A stretch of 62,297 bases of DNA from Candidatus Falkowbacteria bacterium (lineage in GTDB: Bacteria; Patescibacteriota; Patescibacteriia; Patescibacteriales; UBA12465), in contig PWHG01000084.1 in NCBI GenBank assembly GCA_003554785.1, positions 1-62,297 of the forward strand. Reading direction: 5' to 3'. The translations under genes and the position numbers were made by a program. Positions 55,152 to 62,297 of the stretch are shown here, piece after piece (within the stretch, counting starts at the first letter, position 1; the number at the start of each line of letters is the position of its first letter). The notes below the pieces were generated by a model that saw nothing but the letters and a program-made list of their open reading frames with translations, made no database searches and was not told the origin of the DNA.

Positions 55152-58100
55152 TTAATCTTCAATATAATCAAAGACGTTCCCAAAACCTTCTGAATCAAAA
55201 ATTCTCCCGCTATTAGAACCAACAAGGGATCCTTTAGAGGTAGTGCCATACACATTTCCTCTCGCCTCGCTATCACGGACAATCGCACTGATACTGTAGG
55301 ATGTCCCATGATTTAAAGCAACAAGTCCTCCGGCGGTGTTACTTGAAGCGTAGACATCAACATCGGCAAAGACTTTATCTAATTCTCCCGGTAAGATGCC
55401 ACCACGATTTTGAGCGACAAAGCCACCGATATAGTGGTTTCCTTCAACGACACCGATTGCTGAACTATCGTAAATGTAGCCCCCACCAATATTTTCAGAG
55501 ACAAAGCCACCGATATTACCGACTCGATAGGCACCCAACATGCGTATTTCAACATTAACACCACTTGAATAGATGCCGGCTTGAACTTGATCATCGTGTG
55601 TCGATGTTCCACTATTTGAAAAAGCAAAACCACCAATATCCAACCCGGAATCTCCGCTTACCGAATCAAGATCGATTTGAATTAAAACAGTAGCGTTTAC
55701 GTTTGATATATGACCATCGCTTATTTCTCCAAAAATGTGAGATTGCGTTGTATTAGAACCGACGACACCAGCGATACGACCAATATTTTGCTTCGTGATT
55801 AAGGTGGATATCGTTACGGTACTGTTTGTTAAAGTGCCATGATTAATGTATGCTATTCCGGCATTGGCGTTTTTCATTGTCATATCAACAATGACATTAT
55901 CGATGAGTCCTGCATTTTGTCCAACCAAACCATTGCCTTTACCTTCACGGTAGCCTGTTACGGTCACGTTGCGAATTGTACCACCGTTAAAACGCGTAAC
56001 AATACCATCGTATGAACTATTACTTTCGATTATATGATAAACATCTTCAAAAATGATGTTTTCAATCGTACCATAACTACGATCGATAAAACTTGAATAG
56101 TTAAAGCCCGTGGGTTGATCGTTTACAACACGATACCCGATGATTTTATGCCCTTGTCCATTGAAGGAGCCACTGAACGGTTTATATGGATTTGGCGTAC
56201 TCATCGGTTCAAAGTCAAAATCTTCTGGGATGATAATATCATTTCCTAAGATAAAATGTCGATTGCCATCCAGATAATACTTCATGTTTTGAAGTTCTTC
56301 ATGGTTTGTAATCACAAAAGGATTGCTTATTGTTCCGGTACCACTACTGTAAATATCACCAAACTCTGGGCGTTCCAATTTTGTAGCTCGTACAATAATC
56401 TCTAGAGGTGTTGTACTTGTAGTGCTTCGGTTAAACTGGTGCGTTGGTAGATCTGCGGTAACTTGATACCCTGTTTGATAATACTCTAAAGCATCAATGC
56501 GGTAATCTTCATTGACATCAAATGTAACGTAAATATGTCTTGTATGCTCAACCACTTCTTCTTCGATTGTCCACGTAATCGCATCAGGATACTGAGTTTG
56601 GATATGAATATCGCCATAAGGTTCTTCAACCCAATAATCTTCATCACGCTCTAAAATCGTTACGGTTACTTCTATTGGTACTGCGTCTAAAATATGATAC
56701 CCTTCTGGTGCTTCAGTGACCATACCGCTAAAGACCAATACCGTTTCATCGAACGTTTCAGGGTCGAACGTACCACTTACCAAGGTCCATTCTGCCTCAA
56801 TGCTTGCCCAGTTCCAACCGCCGTTTAAGCTTACCCAGAGCATACTGGGTAAATGGTCATCTATGATCGCTTCAAGACCATCAACTTCTCCATATTCAAA
56901 CTCGATATCATTCTCATCATAAATGAAATCGATGGGGCTAAAGGAATCTCGAACACTGCGTATTTCAATGGTAATCTCTGGCACTAAAAACTTCGCATTG
57001 ATCACTTCTTCTGGTATGTCTAGTATCAGTTCAAATACCATTAGTTGTGTTTCGATGGTATCTTCATCAAAGGCACTCATTAAGTTATAGCCTTCCACAG
57101 TAACAATGAACGAATCACCATCAAGTGTTGTGATGGTAATTTCAGTTGGCAAGTTGTTTTCCAACGTTTCCAATGTTGCGCCATAGGGTAACGCATCTAA
57201 TGAGGGCAGCATAATTGAATCCATGATTGGTTTATCAAAAATCGGTAAAAAGTCCCCTTCTAAAGCTCCCGGAAGACCATCCATAGAAACGGTTTCACTC
57301 ATGATGATTGCTTGCTGAATGTATTGAGCTCCGATAATTGTTACATCCGTAAGGTTACTTGACGTTTCAACCATACTTACTGGCGCATTTAGTACTAAGC
57401 TAATGTTGGATGCTTTTATAAAGACTTTAGTCGCTTCATTATTAATTTCAATAAGACTCATGTCCGCAAAGACAATGATTGTATTGCCTGTTGCTTCCTC
57501 ATAAAAACTTTGCGTTGCTACAGCGTTAATGAAGATATCTCCAGAAACAGTTAAATAATTAGTGAAGGTGATATTTTCACCATCAACAACCAAATCACCA
57601 TCAAGATACCCGTTCTCAAACACAACCGTCCCTTTTTCTTGGGTAGCGATTTCAAGATCTCCATTATGGGTGAACCCGCCTAGATCAAGATTGATGGCAC
57701 CATGAAGAGTAATGTTGCCGGAAAGATCGTTTGTATATACAATCGTTCCGGTCGATATTTCATCAAGCGCCGCTTCCAGTTCATTCACTGTAGCGACCGA
57801 GACGGTTTGTGAACGATCGTCAAAAAGATCTTCTTCGTCATCCGTAGTATCATCATCCGTAGCGTCATCATCTATAAAATCGTCATCTATAGGGTCTTCA
57901 TCGATAGAATCATCGTCTATAGGATCGTCATCCGCAGGGTCTTCATCAATGTTATCACCGGCGTCATCAGTGTCGGTTTCCGTGAGACCTTCATCCACTG
58001 TTGACCAGATAACCGTTATATGTACTGTCTCTAAGTCTTTTCCAACATTGAAAACAGCTGGATCAAACGTTGCCACGCTGTGTAAAAGACTTATCTCCTG

Positions 58101-58298
58101 GTTTACTGCTAAGCCACTTATACGAACCTCTGTATCACTTAACCATGTTTCTTCGAGTTGTAAATCGCTTTCTAATACCACATCTTGCACTGGCTCGTTA
58201 AATACGAGAGTCACCTCAACTAAACTAGTATTGCTCCCACAGGCATAGGTAGTCAATAACAATAAAAACAAAATACCAATTCCAGTAATCTTATTCAT
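55152..58298 (-). CDS. 1048-aa surface lipoprotein with an Asp-rich linker and C-terminal GLUG-type repeats
   Basis: Lipobox LLLTTYAC. Acidic tract at aa 107..161. C-terminal repeats include GNGLVGQNAGLIDN, IGGFVSENIGGGYIYDSS, IGGFVAQNRGG and AGGLVALNHG. AT-rich codon usage. Confidence 0.75.
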   Translation of the reverse strand: MNKITGIGILFLLLLTTYACGSNTSLVEVTLVFNEPVQDVVLESDLQLEETWLSDTEVRISGLAVNQEISLLHSVATFDPAVFNVGKDLETVHITVIWSTVDEGLTETDTDDAGDNIDEDPADDDPIDDDSIDEDPIDDDFIDDDATDDDTTDDEEDLFDDRSQTVSVATVNELEAALDEISTGTIVYTNDLSGNITLHGAINLDLGGFTHNGDLEIATQEKGTVVFENGYLDGDLVVDGENITFTNYLTVSGDIFINAVATQSFYEEATGNTIIVFADMSLIEINNEATKVFIKASNISLVLNAPVSMVETSSNLTDVTIIGAQYIQQAIIMSETVSMDGLPGALEGDFLPIFDKPIMDSIMLPSLDALPYGATLETLENNLPTEITITTLDGDSFIVTVEGYNLMSAFDEDTIETQLMVFELILDIPEEVINAKFLVPEITIEIRSVRDSFSPIDFIYDENDIEFEYGEVDGLEAIIDDHLPSMLWVSLNGGWNWASIEAEWTLVSGTFDPETFDETVLVFSGMVTEAPEGYHILDAVPIEVTVTILERDEDYWVEEPYGDIHIQTQYPDAITWTIEEEVVEHTRHIYVTFDVNEDYRIDALEYYQTGYQVTADLPTHQFNRSTTSTTPLEIIVRATKLERPEFGDIYSSGTGTISNPFVITNHEELQNMKYYLDGNRHFILGNDIIIPEDFDFEPMSTPNPYKPFSGSFNGQGHKIIGYRVVNDQPTGFNYSSFIDRSYGTIENIIFEDVYHIIESNSSYDGIVTRFNGGTIRNVTVTGYREGKGNGLVGQNAGLIDNVIVDMTMKNANAGIAYINHGTLTNSTVTISTLITKQNIGRIAGVVGSNTTQSHIFGEISDGHISNVNATVLIQIDLDSVSGDSGLDIGGFAFSNSGTSTHDDQVQAGIYSSGVNVEIRMLGAYRVGNIGGFVSENIGGGYIYDSSAIGVVEGNHYIGGFVAQNRGGILPGELDKVFADVDVYASSNTAGGLVALNHGTSYSISAIVRDSEARGNVYGTTSKGSLVGSNSGRIFDSEGFGNVFDYIED
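57816..57980 (-). repeat. imperfect short coding repeats specifying DDDPIDDDSIDEDPIDDDFIDDD...
   Basis: Reiterated GTCATC/ATCATC-TATAGG-like units on the plus strand. The translated tract is more than 60% Asp/Glu. Confidence 0.6.
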
Positions 58299-58435
58299 TT
58301 ACTCATTCCCTTTCTTAATGGATCCTCTTTAGTTTATATTTAAGAATAGTTTATAGATAAACATAGTACTTTTCCAAACTTATGCATTTTTTTGTTTGAA
58401 TTTCAAAGTTTTTAGAATCCATTACACTTGGACAC

Positions 58436-58466
58436 AATAAAAAAGACGACCAAATCGTCTTGTTTC
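58436..58466 (-). terminator. Rho-independent terminator upstream of the GLUG gene promoter region
   Basis: The minus strand reads AAGACGA-tttgg-TCGTCTT followed by TTTATTG. Confidence 0.6.
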
Positions 58467-58540
58467 AGTTCATAGATTGTTATTCCCGACACTGAGACAC
58501 CAATATATTATCCAACTCAAAATTCAGACATACCAAAACA

Positions 58541-58639
58541 CTATAATCCTACTATTAGCAAACAGCCGTTAACAGCGATGATAAAAACTCTAATAGCCAA
58601 AGCGATTAGAATAGATAGGCCTCCTTTATAACCGGTCAT
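58541..58639 (-). CDS. candidate 32-aa hydrophobic peptide (not in the ORF track)
   Basis: My own translation: MTGYKGGLSILIALAIRVFIIAVNGCLLIVGL-stop. There is no good SD before the ATG. An internal AAAGGAGG (58620..58627) lies 7 nt before an in-frame ATT. The terminator sits 75 nt downstream. Confidence 0.3.
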   Translation of the reverse strand: MTGYKGGLSILIALAIRVFIIAVNGCLLIVGL

Positions 58640-58734
58640 TCACTTGCTGCGGCTAAATGGTAATATAACGGTGGGTAATACTCTGGTTTCATAGTATAAT
58701 ACAATTAGAGACAAATTAGATAAGGAGAGATTGG

Positions 58735-59049
58735 ATGGGACTATTACAATGGTTGTTTGGCAAAAAAGACAAGCCGAAAAGTGCAGACACAGCCGCACCG
58801 ACAGATACAGACAAAAAACCGCAAAAGCAAAAAGTTCAAAAGTACCACATTTCTTTAAACAATGATAAGGAAAGTGAACATTATAAAATGTGGCGCGTGC
58901 GCAAAGAGAACTCATCAAAAACGATTAAGTTCTTCAAAACCCAACAAGAAGCCGTGGATTACGCCGAAGGTCTTGCTGAAGCAAGTGGTTCATCTGTCGT
59001 CATACATAAAGTGGACGGATCGATTAGAAAACAAAATTACCGTGATTAA
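58735..59049 (+). CDS. DUF2188-like small protein
   Basis: 104 aa, AAGGAGAG RBS. C-terminal WRVRKENSSKTIKFFKTQQEAVDYAEGLAE...VVIHKVDGSIRK resembles DUF2188. Confidence 0.6.
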   Translation: MGLLQWLFGKKDKPKSADTAAPTDTDKKPQKQKVQKYHISLNNDKESEHYKMWRVRKENSSKTIKFFKTQQEAVDYAEGLAEASGSSVVIHKVDGSIRKQNYRD

Positions 59050-59050
59050 T

Positions 59051-59090
59051 AAAACAACCGTAATCAATGTTGATTGCGGTTGTTTTTATT
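59051..59090 (+). terminator. Rho-independent terminator
   Basis: 16-bp stem AAAACAACCGTAATCA / TGATTGCGGTTGTTTT (one G-U pair), followed by TATT. Confidence 0.7.
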
Positions 59091-59264
59091 GTCGACTATA
59101 CATGTTAATCCTGAAATGCAACAGTTCATTTTCAGAACGGATTGTTTTGTTGATTTAGTTTTATGACCATCACAAAGAACATGAAGCCGATTTTATTCAA
59201 TCCGATATTTTAAATCAAGTGCACGATGAACCGGCCATCTTCCTCAAATGACATCGATGCAAAG

Positions 59265-61099
59265 CTATTTGTTTTCAACTTTTCGATATAAGAAATCATC
59301 GAGTAATTTAAGCGAACGGATGGCACCGGACATATCGCCTGAGGCGCCGTGGCCTTCATCCCCATACTCAACATATTCAAAACCTTGTCCTTCTTTGAAC
59401 CCGTATTGTTTCAGTTTATCAACAACGATGTGTGATTGCGATACCGGACAACGTGGATCGTTCTTTCCATGTACCAATAATAGCGGTGCTTGCATGTTTT
59501 GAATATGCGTGAGTGGTGAGCGTTCTATCCATAAAGCTTTGTCTTTGACCGGATCGCCCATTTGTTGGCGAAGGAAAAACTTGAAATGTTCCATGCTTAG
59601 TTCATACATGGAATGTAAATCACTGACTGGTACCCAGGCAACACCGGCCGCCCATAGGTCCGGGGAGTTCCCCATCGCCCATAAGGTCGCATAGCCGCCA
59701 TAAGACCCACCATAAATAACAACCTTTTCTGGATCAACGGCTGCGTTCTCGATTAACCATTCTCTACCGGCAATCCAATCTTCATGGTCTTTTCCACCCC
59801 AATCTTTGATGCATGCATCACGGAATTCAGAACCGTATCCGGTAGACCCACGGACATTTGGATGGAGAATCACATAACCAAGATCTGTGAAATATTGGAC
59901 ACTCGGTGTAAAGTATAAGAAGTACTGTGCCGTCGGTCCGCCATGAGGCATGATGATTGCAGGTTTTTTTTGTTTGGATCAAAGTCTCTTGGTTTGTAGA
60001 CGATGCCTGGAATTTCTGTGCCATCTAAAGACGGATAGAAGATATGTTCCCCATCAACGAATAACGACTTGTCAATCGTCCCCATATCTGTTTCTAGTAG
60101 GATTTCACTTTCTTGTGTGTTCAGATTAAAACGCATCAATGTCGATGGTGATAGTGGACGATTAATCGTCATAATGATTTCATCATCATTGATCAGTTCT
60201 GAGCCAATCGAAATGCCCGGTGGAAACTCAAGTGTCGTCTTCTCGCCCGTTTTCACGTCGTAAAGGATCGGGGATAAGGAGGCGTTTTTATTGGAATCGC
60301 CAGAATTTTATCGTTTCCGATGACTTTGGATGCGCTTTCTGCTTGCGATCCATCGCCATACAGTTTGATTGCATCGGTTTCTAGATGATATATGGCCACT
60401 TGGTTGTTTCCGTTGACATCTGTTGTAAAAGCAAAGAAACTGCCATCTTCAGACCAATCAGCGAAACTATCTTGTGATCCCACTTCAAGTTGTACAACAC
60501 GCCTTTGTTCACTTCCATCTGGTTTAATAAGATAGATGTCTGCGTTTACCAGGTTTTCTTCTTCATTGGTTCCGTAGGCAAGCATCGATCCATCTTTAGA
60601 ATACATGCCACCCATGGCCGGGTTTGCATGATCGGTCAGTTGTTTGACTGCTTTTGTTTCGAGATTCATCCGAAACAGATTCATTTGCCTGTGATTCCGG
60701 TTCGCGTTAAAGATCATCCATTTACCATCCAGTGATACATCAATAGGCATATCCTGCGCTTCTTTTGTTTTCGTCAGTTGCGTGACTGCTTTAGTATGAA
60801 TGTCAATGCTGTAAATATCGTGTTTTTCATCACCATCATTGTCTTTTGTGAAAAAGATGGTTCTGTCGTCTTTACCCCATAAGTACCCTGCACGGATGCC
60901 TTTAGGTAATTCTCCATCAGAGATCTGCGTAATTTCTTTGGTATTGTGTTTCATCGTATAGAGTCAAAACGACCGGTTTTGTTCCAGTAGAATGCAAGTG
61001 TGTCTTTTGCATAGTTCAACGTTGCCATGGCAAACGCCGGTATTGAGGCAAGTTCCTCAATTTTGAAATTCCCTCTTTTTTCTTATCTTTTAGTCCCAT
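59265..61099 (-). pseudogene. S9 prolyl-oligopeptidase/acylaminoacyl-peptidase family gene disrupted by four frameshifts
   Basis: Three track ORFs (59265..59951, 59870..60256, 60253..60954) plus a 5' piece join into one beta-propeller plus alpha/beta-hydrolase protein (GGSYGGYATLW nucleophile, EYGDEGHG His). An intact AGGAGG RBS and an ATG at 61097..61099 are retained. Confidence 0.8.
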
Positions 61100-61476
61100 G
61101 TTTTCCTCCTTATTTTAGATAAAAAATTCATCAAAGAATCTGGCATTCACTGATGAAATAGTGTGTTTACTCAACTGAATTATAACATGGTTTTATCGTC
61201 TATTGGGTCATTGTTCATGATTTGTATTTCTGATTTCCGAGAATTGTATTTTTGAATTGCCAAGAAAAAAAAACATCGCTGAAACCGTTAAACACATTGA
61301 AGTTAACGAAGCAATCTGCTATAAATGACGCTGTGAGCATGCAATTTTAAAAATTCTTAACTCAGGAAAGTTCTAAGTCAGACAAGACAATCTGAAATGA
61401 ACCGTTGTCTAGAAAACTCCAAGGTAATGTTCACATCCGTAAACGCTTATTCCATTACAAATAGTCTTCAAATAAT

Positions 61477-61911
61477 CTAATCGTGTTGGATAATGAGAAT
61501 GTATTTCCCTTTTTTCAAATGTGTCTCTACCCAAAGAATAACATCCTTCAGAAACTGTTGAATATCATGTTTATGCTCAAACATGAGCTCTTTTTCTGAC
61601 AATAGGTGGTTTGGCGTATAAAGTATCTTTGTTAAGTGATTCGAATCTTCGCAAGATTCTAACGCACCCACCGCATCCTTAAGTCCTTTTAAACAACGCA
61701 CCCAGTCCTCATTGCTTATTTGATTAATCTTCTTTTGATGACTGAATTCGCGATGTTTGTTCCAAATGATACCGCGAATGCAATCAAACGCAGTACTTTC
61801 GACATAAATTGATGGCTGGTTCTTCTTTCCTTTCCCCACTTGTAACTGGACCGATGCTTTTTCCGGATCGGGCAATGGGTTTTCATACAGTTTAAAATTT
61901 AAACCGTTCAT
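61477..61911 (-). CDS. hypothetical protein (144 aa)
   Basis: ORF track. GAAGAGG RBS-like sequence upstream. No recognisable motif. Confidence 0.45.
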   Translation of the reverse strand: MNGLNFKLYENPLPDPEKASVQLQVGKGKKNQPSIYVESTAFDCIRGIIWNKHREFSHQKKINQISNEDWVRCLKGLKDAVGALESCEDSNHLTKILYTPNHLLSEKELMFEHKHDIQQFLKDVILWVETHLKKGKYILIIQHD

Positions 61912-62297
61912 GGTTAGCCTCTTCTCTTTAAACTTATCACACAGGATATATACTCCATTATACTACACCTAAACATTCAAACACATTTTTAGTATCAATA
62001 TCTTTTTATTATAGCCTTTTTCTCTTGATTGAGACAATCGCCATGACAATAGTTGCTATTTATCATATAGCTTGTAAACCATTTCTCATTTGTGAGTTTC
62101 AGTGAATCCAAGGCATAAAACGGCTATATAATCGACGCATATATTTCTTTGAATCATGACTTTCATGAAATTGCAGATGAACGGTAGAATTTCACGGTAT
62201 AATGATTGAAAAAAACAAAAAGGCTTTGATAGAGGGTTTATATGAAGATTTGTGTTTAAAAATCACATAATGAAAACTCCTAAAAAATTAGGAGTTA

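Noticed and set aside
57816-57980. Short DNA repeats that could be mistaken for a CRISPR or VNTR array.
   Set aside because: The repeats are imperfect, in frame and inside a long ORF, where they encode an Asp-rich linker. There are no spacer-like unique segments and no cas genes in the window.
58640-58918. 92-aa minus-strand ORF antisense to the DUF2188-like gene.
   Set aside because: It has Cys/Phe/Leu-rich odd composition and no RBS. It overlaps a plus-strand gene that has a good RBS and terminator.
59159-59251. Plus-strand open frame FYDHHKEHEADFIQSDILNQVHDEPAIFLK-stop, which looks like the C-terminus of a real protein.
   Set aside because: It has no start codon or RBS, and an in-frame stop lies immediately upstream. 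At best it is a gene remnant and cannot be supported as a feature.
59964-59971. The A8 tract as a programmed frameshift or phase-variation switch for the S9 peptidase.
   Set aside because: Three additional frame breaks elsewhere in the gene mean that correcting this tract alone would not restore the protein.
62272-62296. 9-bp hairpin AACTCCTAA/TTAGGAGTT at the right edge.
   Set aside because: The window ends before any tail or neighbouring gene can be seen, so it cannot be interpreted.

Overview
The 62.3-kb window looks like a Firmicutes/Mollicutes-like anaerobe. I infer this from AGGAGG-type RBSs, lipoboxes, ATGA-coupled genes, and frequent GTG/TTG starts. All family names come from motif recognition by eye; no HMM or BLAST search was possible.

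Gene content, left to right:
- 1-121: the 3' end of an IS3-family element, followed by AT-rich non-coding DNA.
- 0.77-2.0 kb: small zinc-ribbon and membrane proteins.
- 2.6-37.1 kb: about 35 kb of minus-strand genes that read as a peptidoglycan (MurNAc/GlcNAc) capture and catabolism locus.
  - Predicted surface enzymes: an Amidase_2 lipoprotein, a 1271-aa protein with two GHL10 (DUF187, YddW/DigH-like) modules, and an orphan 804-aa surface protein.
  - Two ABC importers, each with a substrate-binding protein and two permeases. No ATPase is present.
  - Predicted cytoplasmic enzymes: a third GHL10, a GH4 phospho-glycosidase, two BadF-type sugar kinases, AnmK, an AmiE-like serine hydrolase, NamZ, NagZ, MurQ and NagB.
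- 37.3-41.6 kb: MurR, then an lctBCD-like FAD lactate dehydrogenase with EtfAB. This could oxidise the D-lactate that MurQ releases.
- 42-55 kb: accessory genes. These are a lipoprotein plus a phosphodiester glycosidase, a DNA glycosylase, two GNATs, an NTase-fold protein, an APH-type kinase, a CDP-alcohol phosphatidyltransferase, an alpha/beta hydrolase, a methyltransferase, an aldo/keto reductase and a GH3 beta-glucosidase.
- From about 54.95 kb: GC content drops sharply. This segment holds a GLUG-repeat lipoprotein, a candidate 32-aa hydrophobic peptide, a DUF2188-like gene, an S9 peptidase pseudogene with four frameshifts, and one hypothetical gene.

The most novel-looking element is a tightly coupled six-gene module at 10.4-19.9 kb, nested inside the catabolic operon. 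It comprises a 976-aa substrate-binding protein with tandem CBM-like repeats, two LplB/C-type permeases, an NHL/TPR anchored protein, a Yip1-like membrane protein and an 855-aa anchored protein. I know of no biochemical function for the three non-transporter proteins.

No rRNA, tRNA or CRISPR array was seen.
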